This document shows, piece after piece, positions 37,385 through 46,651 of a stretch of 64,000 bases of DNA. The notes under the pieces were generated by a model, which saw only the letters and a program-made list of their open reading frames with translations, made no database searches and was not told where the DNA came from. Positions within the stretch are counted from its first letter, which is position 1, and every line of letters starts with the position of its first letter. Origin of the DNA: Ignavibacteriales bacterium (lineage in GTDB: Bacteria > Bacteroidota > Ignavibacteria > T3Sed10-11). Both the position numbers and the translations under genes were made by a program. The stretch lies in contig PWTU01000339.1 in assembly GCA_003562775.1 (NCBI GenBank), positions 15,494 to 79,493 of the forward strand, given 5' to 3'.

Positions 37385-40300
37385 TTAACGAGGAAATATT
37401 ATATCATACACATTCGGATCGATGGGATCTTGCTTACCGCCGCCGTGCCATTCGCCTGCCGTTCGCTGCACGTCACGAAACACACCGATTCCCGCACCAC
37501 CGTGATCATCCTGAGCGCCGATGAGCACAAGATACCGCCAGTCCTCATCGGGTTGACCAAGATATGCGTTCGGAATGGCAAACGTTATTTCATTGTTTCG
37601 GACATTCCCGAGCGGGTTAATTACATCCTCCGGTGCCGGGAGATATTCGCATAAGATATTTTCTTCGGCATCTACCACCCGTATACCACCACCGACGTAC
37701 AGAGCACGGTCAAACGTTCCAAGCTCCGGTTCGATAACAAAATTCGAGTTTGCGCCCGCTTCCGTCATCCTCTTACCATCGGTTCCCCGGTCGACAAGTA
37801 TCGCCGCATAGGTTAACTGAAAACCATAGTGAGGATGAAAACCCGGGTCGTGCAGGTTTCTGAAACGCAAGCGGAAGTAGGTATGCTCATCATCACCCCA
37901 CACCGTAAAACGGGTAATATCGAGAATTCCCTCTTTAAAGTTTGGGTTAGTCGGATAATCATACGTCCCTTCAAGTCCACGGTCGTCGTACCTATCGTCT
38001 TCAACATCGTACAACAATATTGCATCGCCGCGGTCTCTTTTCACCACGTCGTGTGAAAGCAGCGGGTAATCGGGTCCTTTGAGAGAGGTCCAGTATTCCT
38101 TCCACTCCGGAGATGCAAGCGTTAACCCGGCAAACTCCGCTCTCCTCGATGCATTCTCAATGCGCCGGAAATCTGCATAAGTTCCGGGTGATATTACTAT
38201 CTCATCCTTAGATAAATCAAATGTGAGTGTACCCTCGGGTTCGAGCACTCCCTTTGCACACCATGCAAGACCGCCGTCCAATACCCACTGAAGATGTACG
38301 GTCACGGGTTTATTCATTGAAACAGCGTCTATGTTTACGCTCCTTTTATTCTCGTTTTTTTTGTACGAAGTAAAAATGTACCCGTCTCTGAACGGTATCA
38401 TTGCTTCAACATTTCCGAGTTCTTCGGGTATTTTCGGTTTCAGATGAATTTCGGATGCCGGGGCCTTAATACGAATTCCCAGGTAATCCTGATATGCGGC
38501 GCGGATAAACTCCGCAAGATTCCATGCTTGTGTAAAGGTTCCCGATAATTCCGGTTGATCCTCTCCGTCACGCGGGAATGCATCGAGCAATTCAGAAAAC
38601 GTTCCAACGCCTCCCCGTTCAAGTATCTGATACACCATATTATCGGTCACACCGTAAACGATATCCTGCAAATCGTATTGCACCGCCGCTTCGATAACGC
38701 GTCCGATTAACCACGTCCAAACGATTCCGTTATGGTATGCAGCATCAGGAACATAATATGGCGGGTGGTGATGAAATGGATGAAAGTTTTCATCGTACTG
38801 TGACAAAGAGGCAACGCCCCACGGATAGGTAAGTTCACCGATTACCGTTTCCAACACTGCCTTTCTCACTTCATCATCGTCGATCATATCGAATGCAAAT
38901 ATTTGATTCGGTCTACCCCGTGTATCGGGAGTACCGTCTTTTTTAAGACGGTCGTATACGATATATTCATCCTTTCCGATAAAATATTCATTAAAATTCT
39001 TCCTGAGAGTTTGGGCGATTTTTCTCCATTGTCCCGCAGCCACACTGTCGCCGCTAATATCCGCCATTAGGGCTCCATCCATTAATTGCCGATACCACAA
39101 ATATTGAATGTCCACCGCGCGGTTTCCACGAGGCGACCACGGTCCATCGGGACCGACGGCATCCATCCACGTATCGGCATCGTCATGGGTGAGAAAGTAG
39201 TACTTATCTACAAAATTTTTCACCGCTCCCTGAATGGATCGTTTCACTACCGGATACAACTCTTTTACAAAAGATGTATCGCCGCTATATTTGAAATATT
39301 GCCAAAGCTCCCGCACAAACCATGGTGTGCCGTCGGTAGTGTTATAAATAATCTCTTGTGTCGTAACACGGTTTGGAATACGGCCGTATGTTTGACTTTC
39401 AATATCCGTATCCTGAAAAGCCGCAAAGGAGCGAAGAATTTCACGCGCCGCTTCGAGTTGACCGGTTACAAGCACTGCCCCGGAAAAAGATATAAACGTG
39501 TCTCTTCCCCAATAATTATTAAACCACGGCAACCCGGCATAAATACCCGTCCCGGTTTGATTCATAATCAGTTTATCCAGGGCAATGCGCGACCAGGCAA
39601 GCGCCCGGTTAAATCGATCATTTGAAGTATGTATGTATGAATGATTCAACAAATGTTGTATTCGCTGCGAGCGCCCGGCAATCAACGCATCGCCGTTTTG
39701 CTTAACATACCGTGCTATTTCTTTTGCCTCATCAGGCGTTCTGCCTGCAACAATAATCCACCGGACCGGTTGGTTTTCCCCGGCGTTTTCCACGGTAATT
39801 GTGACCGGAGCAAACGAACGTGAGTCTATTATGTCCGGTGTTATATCCGTCGGCGTATACGGCTGAACAGTAACATCTTCAACATTCGATGCAACAGCAA
39901 TCCAGCCGGGATGCTTTGTCTTTCGTTTATTATATGAGGTTAACGATAATAAAATAACTCCGTCGTTCTCTTTTATTATATAATCGTCAATGTTATGCGA
40001 TTGTGTAAACCGTGGACGAAACGATACCGCTGCCCTTGCCTTCACATCTTCTACATCCACGATGAATGCATCAATTGAATCAAGCAGGAAGAAGGTCTCG
40101 GAAACACCCGACGGGTATACCCGGCTCAGTTTGTGCGGCGCAACAAAAACTTTCGCATCATGACGGTTTCGAAGCAAATCGTCCGAATTAACGGTAATGT
40201 GATAATCGTCCAAAAGCCGTACATCCATTACCGTCCAGCCCTGCCAACCGCTTGTATGAGGCGAGTTGCTCAGGGTGTAAAAATGCCCTGCTTCTTTATT

Positions 40301-40435
40301 GGTATACCCGATCTCACGTGTCCGATCCTCTACAATAAATGTTAGATCGTCAACCGATAACGGTTTCTGTGCATTTGTAATCATCGTAATTAATAAACAC
40401 AATGACGGCAAATAAAGAGAAATTAATTTATTCAT
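37385..40435 (-). CDS. Secreted amylo-alpha-1,6-glucosidase / glycogen-debranching-type (GDE_C) glycosidase with a glucodextranase-like C-terminal domain
   Basis: 1016 aa with a signal peptide. GLPWFNNYWGRDTFISFSGAVLVTG and YHNGIVWTWL are typical of the (alpha/alpha)6 GDE_C fold. The C-terminal YDYPTNPNF...TRFTVWGDDEHTYFRLRF is like the glucodextranase C module. Confidence 0.7.
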   Translation of the reverse strand: MNKLISLYLPSLCLLITMITNAQKPLSVDDLTFIVEDRTREIGYTNKEAGHFYTLSNSPHTSGWQGWTVMDVRLLDDYHITVNSDDLLRNRHDAKVFVAPHKLSRVYPSGVSETFFLLDSIDAFIVDVEDVKARAAVSFRPRFTQSHNIDDYIIKENDGVILLSLTSYNKRKTKHPGWIAVASNVEDVTVQPYTPTDITPDIIDSRSFAPVTITVENAGENQPVRWIIVAGRTPDEAKEIARYVKQNGDALIAGRSQRIQHLLNHSYIHTSNDRFNRALAWSRIALDKLIMNQTGTGIYAGLPWFNNYWGRDTFISFSGAVLVTGQLEAAREILRSFAAFQDTDIESQTYGRIPNRVTTQEIIYNTTDGTPWFVRELWQYFKYSGDTSFVKELYPVVKRSIQGAVKNFVDKYYFLTHDDADTWMDAVGPDGPWSPRGNRAVDIQYLWYRQLMDGALMADISGDSVAAGQWRKIAQTLRKNFNEYFIGKDEYIVYDRLKKDGTPDTRGRPNQIFAFDMIDDDEVRKAVLETVIGELTYPWGVASLSQYDENFHPFHHHPPYYVPDAAYHNGIVWTWLIGRVIEAAVQYDLQDIVYGVTDNMVYQILERGGVGTFSELLDAFPRDGEDQPELSGTFTQAWNLAEFIRAAYQDYLGIRIKAPASEIHLKPKIPEELGNVEAMIPFRDGYIFTSYKKNENKRSVNIDAVSMNKPVTVHLQWVLDGGLAWCAKGVLEPEGTLTFDLSKDEIVISPGTYADFRRIENASRRAEFAGLTLASPEWKEYWTSLKGPDYPLLSHDVVKRDRGDAILLYDVEDDRYDDRGLEGTYDYPTNPNFKEGILDITRFTVWGDDEHTYFRLRFRNLHDPGFHPHYGFQLTYAAILVDRGTDGKRMTEAGANSNFVIEPELGTFDRALYVGGGIRVVDAEENILCEYLPAPEDVINPLGNVRNNEITFAIPNAYLGQPDEDWRYLVLIGAQDDHGGAGIGVFRDVQRTAGEWHGGGKQDPIDPNVYDIIFPR

Positions 40436-40582
40436 GCATATACGAAACTATATATGGGTGTATTTTATATATGATTTTACATACAATTTCACAAAAAAAT
40501 TTGAAACAGACAAGTCTTTGGGATTGAGAGGTAAATTTGATATATTAGAAAGAAACGAAAATTTTTTCAGATATCTAAAAAT

Positions 40583-40996
40583 ATGGAGTTAACTAGAATA
40601 TCAAACAGAATCAGCAGTCAGCTCGAGTCACTCGGAATACTTGCCGTTTATCTATTCGGATCTTCGGCGGAAAAGATGGCATCCTCGCTTAGCGACATAG
40701 ATATAGGTATTGTATTCTATGATGAATCTGTGCTTCAGAGAAACACAAACGACATATACACTAAGATCTTTGATATTTTTACCGATATGATCCCTGGACA
40801 ATCTATTGACATCGTATTTTTGCAACGCGCCGGTTTGGAAATTGCAATGGATGCAATACAACACGGGCAAGTTTTTTACGAGTCTTCCGCTGACAAACGT
40901 CTCGATTATGAAGAAAAGGTAATGTTATTGTATGCAGACTTTAAACCAATATTATCAATGTTTGATAACGCAATATTAGACCGGATCAATAAATGA
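40583..40996 (+). CDS. Minimal nucleotidyltransferase (MNT-type antitoxin)
   Basis: LFGSSAEK...SDIDIGIVF gives the GSx10-DxD NTase motif. Confidence 0.8.
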   Translation: MELTRISNRISSQLESLGILAVYLFGSSAEKMASSLSDIDIGIVFYDESVLQRNTNDIYTKIFDIFTDMIPGQSIDIVFLQRAGLEIAMDAIQHGQVFYESSADKRLDYEEKVMLLYADFKPILSMFDNAILDRINK

Positions 40997-41451
40997 CAGC
41001 ACGAATAATAAAACGACAGTCAATTATTCCTCGAATCGACGGTATTCAACATGACTATGAGAAGCTTAAATCTCTTGCAGAATTGCCACTTGAACTATTT
41101 CAAGAAGAAGACAACTTTGTTAAGGCCCAATTCTATTTAAGGCGAGCTTTAGAAGGAATTTTAAATATCGGCAGCCATATCCTTACGCGCATACCGGGTA
41201 GTAGAATAACAGAATACAAGCAAGTAGCAACTCGACTTGGAGAATTAGGTATCGTAGATCGATCATTTGCCGATAGCAATTTAAAAGCAATGGCCGGATA
41301 TCGAAATCGTTTAACTCATTTTTATGCAGATGTTACCCACCAGGAAATCTACTCGATACTGAAAAATAATTTAGAAGATATACCCCGGTTCCTATCGTAT
41401 ATTAAGCGATTGCTCGACAAACCGGAAATATTTAATTTAAAGATCGAATAA
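40993..41451 (+). CDS. HepT/DUF86-family putative RNase toxin
   Basis: Rx4HxY motif present (RNRLTHFY). 4-nt ATGA overlap with the MNT gene. Confidence 0.8.
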   Translation: MTARIIKRQSIIPRIDGIQHDYEKLKSLAELPLELFQEEDNFVKAQFYLRRALEGILNIGSHILTRIPGSRITEYKQVATRLGELGIVDRSFADSNLKAMAGYRNRLTHFYADVTHQEIYSILKNNLEDIPRFLSYIKRLLDKPEIFNLKIE

Positions 41452-41456
41452 TACTC

Positions 41457-42227
41457 ATGTTACAAACTGCAATCGATGCCGCAACGGAGGCGGGAAAGTT
41501 CCTCCGCGAAAGTAAAGGCAAATCGTTAAAGATAGAAAATAAAAGTTCATCGATCGATCCCGTTACTCAAATCGATAAACAGGCTGAGAAGATAATTGTC
41601 GACATAATTAAGAACAGGTATCCCGACCATGCCATTCTCGCCGAAGAGAGCGGTGAAAGCAATGATACCTCGGATTATCGATGGATCATCGATCCGCTCG
41701 ACGGCACCGTAAACTTTACACATGGATTACCAATTTATTGTGTCTCAATCGGGTTGGAATATAGAGACGCCGTTATTGCCGGCGCTGTTTTTGATCCGAA
41801 CGCCGGCGATCTTTACACTGCTGAACGAGGGAAAGGTGCCTATTTAAACGGAAGCAGAATTCATGTTTCGGAGAACGAAAAACTCATCGACAGTATATTG
41901 ATAACCGGTTTTCCGTACGATATTCACAACAACCCCGGCAATACTATCGAGCGCTTTATAGATTTTTTAATGGAAGCGCAAGCTGTTCGGCGACTCGGTT
42001 CAGCCGCAATCGATCTTTGCTACATTGCCGCAGGATATGGAGACGGTTTCTGGGAAGCATTTATCAAACCCTGGGATATCGCCGCCGGAATGCTGCTCGT
42101 CGAAGAAGCAGGCGGGAAAGTAACTGATTTTAACGGGCACCAGATCGGTGCAGATTCTGAACGCATACTTGCCACGAACGGAAAAATCCACGAGAAGATG
42201 CTGGAAGTACTGCGCAAAAGGATATAA
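41457..42227 (+). CDS. suhB: Inositol monophosphatase family protein (SuhB-like)
   Basis: ILAEESG...WIIDPLDGTVNF...WDIAAG signatures. Confidence 0.9.
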   Translation: MLQTAIDAATEAGKFLRESKGKSLKIENKSSSIDPVTQIDKQAEKIIVDIIKNRYPDHAILAEESGESNDTSDYRWIIDPLDGTVNFTHGLPIYCVSIGLEYRDAVIAGAVFDPNAGDLYTAERGKGAYLNGSRIHVSENEKLIDSILITGFPYDIHNNPGNTIERFIDFLMEAQAVRRLGSAAIDLCYIAAGYGDGFWEAFIKPWDIAAGMLLVEEAGGKVTDFNGHQIGADSERILATNGKIHEKMLEVLRKRI

Positions 42228-42338
42228 TTATATTATTTTTAACATATCCAACAAAATTAATGCAACTGCAACCGCCAAACCGCCGCCGAAAAGTACAATC
42301 GCCGCAATACTTATAATTCGTTGTTTTGTTTCATCCAT
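42228..42338 (-). CDS. Possible 36-aa tail-anchored membrane peptide
   Basis: MDETKQRIISIAAIVLFGGGLAVAVALILLDMLKII. GGAG lies ~12 nt upstream of the ATG. It is downstream of the CBS gene. Only the ORF and its hydrophobicity support it. Confidence 0.25.
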   Translation of the reverse strand: MDETKQRIISIAAIVLFGGGLAVAVALILLDMLKII

Positions 42339-42366
42339 AGCCGAAGTTACTCCAGTATATTTATTG

Positions 42367-42822
42367 TCAATGTTCATACTTTTTTTCCATACCGGGCGGT
42401 ACGGTATATATATATTGCTCAAGAAATTCGATTGTCTCTTCTTTCTCGGTCATATCATGGGCAAGTAAATCGCGAATCGATAATATACCGATGAGATGCT
42501 CGCCTTCTATAACGGGCAAATGTCGTATATTTGCACCTCTCATCTTTGAGCTGCATATATCGGTTGTATCATCGGCATAGGCAAATACCAGATTGCGCGT
42601 CATAACATCACTTACTTTCACCGACGTAATATCTTTACCCGGTGCAACGACTTTGCCGATAATATCCCGCTCCGTAAAGATGCCAACCAACCGTTCATTT
42701 TCGAGCACCGGCAGGGCGCCGATATTATGATCGGCCATTTTTTTTGCCGCTGATTGCACCGCGTCGCCGTCCTGTACCGTTATGACGGGACGGTTTTTCA
42801 GGATGTTTTTTGCAGTTTTCAT
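42367..42822 (-). CDS. CBS-pair domain protein
   Basis: Two CBS motifs (GALPVLENERLVGIFTERDI; HLPVIEGEHLIGILSIRDL). Start taken at MKTAKNIL; the track start is 42882. Confidence 0.8.
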   Translation of the reverse strand: MKTAKNILKNRPVITVQDGDAVQSAAKKMADHNIGALPVLENERLVGIFTERDIIGKVVAPGKDITSVKVSDVMTRNLVFAYADDTTDICSSKMRGANIRHLPVIEGEHLIGILSIRDLLAHDMTEKEETIEFLEQYIYTVPPGMEKKYEH

Positions 42823-42885
42823 AATGTGTATACCGGATTTGTAAATCTTCTGAATTATAGCACAATTTTGTCTAAAAGTCAAAGC

Positions 42886-44562
42886 TCATATCTTGCCGGA
42901 CCGCAGAATTGCGATCACAAGCCACAATCCAAGCACAGCAGCAAAGAGATATCCAAGAATGCCAAATACCGAAAACCCGAAAAGCATAGGACCGCGTTCC
43001 AATTGCATAACGAGCGACGAGCCCACAATTAAAGCGGCAATTATCAAGCCAAACGTTAACCGGTTGGATGCACGATCCATTTCGAGGATGAATTTTTCCA
43101 AACCTTCGTGATGCAACTGAACAAGCATCTTCCCTTGCTTCAATTTCTGAACAATATCCTCAAGATCCTGAGGAAGTTTTTTCACCATCATCCTGAACCG
43201 ATCGAACAGATTAACAAGCTCGCGTGCCTGTCGTCGCGGATCGAAACGCTTGTACATAAACGATTCGACATATGGCTTTGCTTCGGCAACCATATCAAAT
43301 TTCGGATCGAGCATCTGTCCGACACCCGCAGATACAAGAAGCATTCTTCCCATAAGGGCAAGATTGACCGGCAAGATAATTCTATGCCTTCTGAATACCC
43401 TCAACATATCACCAATTACTTTCTCGGCATCAATCTTATCAAGAGGAAGTCCATAGTAGCGATCGACAAACTCCATGAGATCAAATTTAAGAAGATTGAT
43501 ATCGGTATCGTCTTCAAGAACGTTCAGCATCTTGAAAACCTGTATTGCTTTATCGACGTCGCGATTGATCACCGCATAGAGCAGCATACTTAAATATTCA
43601 GCCGTCTCCTCGTCAAGCCGGCCGACTATACCAAAATCCACGGCAGCAATAACACTATTCTCTATAACGAAGAAATTACCGGGATGCGGGTCGCCGTGGA
43701 AAAATCGATCTTCAAATACTTCTTTTAAAATCGCACGTGCACCGTTGCTCGCTATTTTTTTCTTATCGTATCCTCTTTTCTCAATTTCTTTCACGTCGGT
43801 GATTTTTACACCGTCGATATAGTCGACCGTCAGAATTTTCTCGGATGTATAATCCCAGTAGACGGCGGGGATAAAGAACGTTTCGATATTTTCGAAATTC
43901 ACCCGAAACCGCTCTGCCGCATGTCCTTCGGCGATAAAATCAAGCTCGCGACGAATGGTGGAAGAGAACTGATCGACCAATGCTCTGGGTCTGTACCACC
44001 GCGCCTCGGGTATGTGGCGTTCAAACATCGCGGCGAGTTCCTGAAGGATATCTAAATCGGTTTCGATGACGCGGCGAATTTTCGGCCGCTGTACCTTGAC
44101 TGCGACCAGCGTCCCATCGGGAAGGGTGGCGCGGTGTACCTGTGCAATCGATCCTGAAGCGATTGGTGTCTCCTCAAAGCGTGTATATAACGACTCCGGT
44201 TCCTTGCCCAATTCATCGAGAAAAATTTCTTTGACTTCTTCTATCGAAAATGGCTCGACTTTGTCCTGCAATTTTTCCAATTCGCGGATATAATCTTCCG
44301 GAACGATGTCGGGTCTGGTACTCAGTAATTGACCGAATTTAACGAATGTCGGGCCAAGTTCGGTTAATGCAAGCCGGACACGTTCGGCGGTCGGTTGTTC
44401 GGCTTTTTTCCTTCCGCGCCGCCTGATTATCTTCCGTGTTATTATATCGGGTCCGATCCGTTCAACTATGTCATCGAACCCGAATTTTGCCAGAACAAAA
44501 ATGACCTGACGATACCGTCCTAACCGTTTATATGTTTTATAGACTTTAAGCGGTCGGATCAT
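42886..44562 (-). CDS. ABC1/UbiB-family atypical kinase with C-terminal TM helices
   Basis: LGPTFVKFGQLLSTRPD, ASGSIAQVHRA, VAVKVQRP, HGDPHPGNFF. Confidence 0.9.
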   Translation of the reverse strand: MIRPLKVYKTYKRLGRYRQVIFVLAKFGFDDIVERIGPDIITRKIIRRRGRKKAEQPTAERVRLALTELGPTFVKFGQLLSTRPDIVPEDYIRELEKLQDKVEPFSIEEVKEIFLDELGKEPESLYTRFEETPIASGSIAQVHRATLPDGTLVAVKVQRPKIRRVIETDLDILQELAAMFERHIPEARWYRPRALVDQFSSTIRRELDFIAEGHAAERFRVNFENIETFFIPAVYWDYTSEKILTVDYIDGVKITDVKEIEKRGYDKKKIASNGARAILKEVFEDRFFHGDPHPGNFFVIENSVIAAVDFGIVGRLDEETAEYLSMLLYAVINRDVDKAIQVFKMLNVLEDDTDINLLKFDLMEFVDRYYGLPLDKIDAEKVIGDMLRVFRRHRIILPVNLALMGRMLLVSAGVGQMLDPKFDMVAEAKPYVESFMYKRFDPRRQARELVNLFDRFRMMVKKLPQDLEDIVQKLKQGKMLVQLHHEGLEKFILEMDRASNRLTFGLIIAALIVGSSLVMQLERGPMLFGFSVFGILGYLFAAVLGLWLVIAILRSGKI

Positions 44563-44866
44563 CGTCTTGCATTGCGTTTAGCTTGCGCTCAAGTTCTTCA
44601 ACGCGTTTCTGCAACTCGACATACTCATCGCGTGTCGGCAATCCCATATCGTGTACGACCTTCTTCACATATTCGCGTACTGTCTTGAACAGCTTCTCCT
44701 GTTCCTCCTGCACACGATTGAGAAGATCATTTACCGCCTTACTGCGATCCTTCTCGGCAACTTCACCGCGTTTTATTAGGTCGTCGACAAGTTCTTCGAC
44801 TTTCTCGGTCGTCAAACTCAAAAGGCCGAGCCCGGCCAGGTAGGTTTTCTTAATCAAATCGAACAT
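44546..44866 (-). CDS. Phasin-like coiled-coil protein (COG3937-type)
   Basis: LAGLGLLSLTTEKVEELVDDLIKRGE...LPTRDEYVELQKRVEELERKL. It overlaps the UbiB-like gene start. Confidence 0.6.
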   Translation of the reverse strand: MFDLIKKTYLAGLGLLSLTTEKVEELVDDLIKRGEVAEKDRSKAVNDLLNRVQEEQEKLFKTVREYVKKVVHDMGLPTRDEYVELQKRVEELERKLNAMQDDDPTA

Positions 44867-44946
44867 AGTTATTCTCCTTTTTGTAATGGTCTGCAGTTGT
44901 TGAATATCCGAAGATATACATATATCTTTTTATGAGCAAGAGGCCA

Positions 44947-46272
44947 TCAATAATCGTAGTATCCGTTTTTATCGGCCATACCATATATATATTGCCGTGG
45001 TTCAACGGCATCATCACTCAACCGGTACGCTTCGGTTATACGAAGAACAGCGTCTTCAACGTTTTTCTTTTCGTTCGCATATACCGTTGCGATTGGATCT
45101 TCCTTCCCAACCCGGTCGCCGATTTTCTTATGTATTATAATACCCGCAGTATAGTCGATCGAATCGTCAATTTTTCTTCGCCCTGCGCCGGTTATCAATC
45201 CGGCTATTCCTATACCATAATTATCGATTTCACTGACAAATCCTTCCTTTCCCAACACTACTTCTTTATTGTATTCTGCTTTTTTATACCTGGTCGGATT
45301 TTCGATATAGGATACATCACCGCCCTGTTCATTCACCAGTTGAAGAAATTTTTCAAACGCAGCACCTGATTCAATCGCTTCCCGTGCGACGGACTCACCC
45401 TCCTCAATACTTCCGGATTTTCCACCGAGGTATATCATCGCACCCGCAAGCCGGTAGGTTACCTCCATAAGATCCTGAATTTCGTTGCCTTTCATACACC
45501 GTATACACTCTTCAATTTCGAGCCAGTTGCCGACTGCATTACCGAGCGGTTGATTCATATCGGTAATAAATCCGATGGTTCGTTTTCCGAACGATTCACC
45601 TACGTTGATGAGTGTTTTTGCAAGTTCTATCGCTTCGCTTTTCTTCCGCATAAAAGCACCGCTGCCTGTTTTCACATCGAGTACCAGGGCATCTATTCCT
45701 TCGGCCAGCTTTTTGCTCATTATGCTGCCTGCAATGAGCGGAATACATTCGACGGTAGCGGTTACATCCCTGAGTGCGTACATCTTTTTATCGGCAGGAG
45801 CAATATCTTTTGTCTGACCGATCATCACGACGCCAATTTTTTCGATCGTTTTTTTATAGGAATCGATATCAAGATCGGTTCGAAAGCCCGGAATCGATTC
45901 GAGTTTATCGAGCGTGCCGCCCGTGTGTCCCAGACCGCGTCCGGATATCATCGGGACCGGTATACCGCATGCTGCGACAAGCGGCGCCAGAATAACCGAT
46001 ACCTTGTCACCTACCCCGCCCGTCGAGTGTTTATCGACTTTAACTCCCGGAATAAACGACAGATCGATAACCGTTCCCGAGTGAATCATCACGCGGGTAA
46101 ATTCCTTCATTTCCGTATCGGACATACCCTGGAAGTACACCGCCATAAGCCATGCCGCCATTTGATAATCCGGAATTTCACCGTTAACGTACCCATTTAC
46201 AAACTTCTGCAACTCATCGGGCGTTAACACCTCCCCCTCTCTCTTTTTCTTTATTAGTTCAACGGGGATCAT
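44947..46272 (-). CDS. deoA: Thymidine / pyrimidine-nucleoside phosphorylase
   Basis: KHSTGGVGDKVS, GRGLGHTGGTLDKLE. 441 aa. Confidence 0.9.
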   Translation of the reverse strand: MIPVELIKKKREGEVLTPDELQKFVNGYVNGEIPDYQMAAWLMAVYFQGMSDTEMKEFTRVMIHSGTVIDLSFIPGVKVDKHSTGGVGDKVSVILAPLVAACGIPVPMISGRGLGHTGGTLDKLESIPGFRTDLDIDSYKKTIEKIGVVMIGQTKDIAPADKKMYALRDVTATVECIPLIAGSIMSKKLAEGIDALVLDVKTGSGAFMRKKSEAIELAKTLINVGESFGKRTIGFITDMNQPLGNAVGNWLEIEECIRCMKGNEIQDLMEVTYRLAGAMIYLGGKSGSIEEGESVAREAIESGAAFEKFLQLVNEQGGDVSYIENPTRYKKAEYNKEVVLGKEGFVSEIDNYGIGIAGLITGAGRRKIDDSIDYTAGIIIHKKIGDRVGKEDPIATVYANEKKNVEDAVLRITEAYRLSDDAVEPRQYIYGMADKNGYYDY

Positions 46273-46319
46273 ACTATTTATCTATATAATTGTTCCAAAA
46301 CGGCAGGATACCGATCAGG

Positions 46320-46511
46320 TTATGATTCGACTTTTACGGTAAATTCTTTCTCACACCGGGTGCATTTATACTCGATCGTTACCCAGTTATTCCGTTCATA
46401 ATAACTTAATTCCGCAAGTTCACCGCCGCATGTTCGCACCATACATCGTTTTAGATCGAGACGATAGGTGCGATCCCGGGGATAAAAATCATCATTATGA
46501 TCGTTCTGCAT
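46320..46511 (-). CDS. Small Zn-ribbon-like hypothetical protein
   Basis: 63 aa with C-x4-C ... C-x2-C spacing. Lies 47 nt upstream of deoA. Confidence 0.4.
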   Translation of the reverse strand: MQNDHNDDFYPRDRTYRLDLKRCMVRTCGGELAELSYYERNNWVTIEYKCTRCEKEFTVKVES

Positions 46512-46563
46512 TGTGTGGCCTCTTTAAAAGTAGTGTACAAAAAAACGAAATCAATAACAAATT

Positions 46564-46592
46564 TTGATATTGAGTGCCCGAATCTTTATCTT
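46564..46592 (+). promoter_or_regulatory. Candidate sigma70 promoter for the symporter gene
   Basis: TTGATA (46564..46569) - 17 nt - TATCTT (46587..46592), 60 nt upstream of the GTG start. Confidence 0.3.
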
Positions 46593-46651
46593 AATAGAAT
46601 TTACAAGGACAATAATCAGAATATATACTCACCAAACGAAAGGGATTCTTC

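Noticed and set aside
40564-40581. Second DtxR-type operator, given its similarity to the 49031..49048 palindrome
   Set aside because: The half-sites share AGAT/ATCTAAA but lack the 2-nt central spacer, and the site sits at the MNT start codon. It is more simply a TA autoregulation site. It is kept only as a note in the MNT/HepT finding.
44947-46272. deoA homologue as an archaeal-type AMP phosphorylase
   Set aside because: It is 441 aa with a standard pyrimidine-nucleoside phosphorylase N-terminus. It lacks the N-terminal extension described for AMP phosphorylases.
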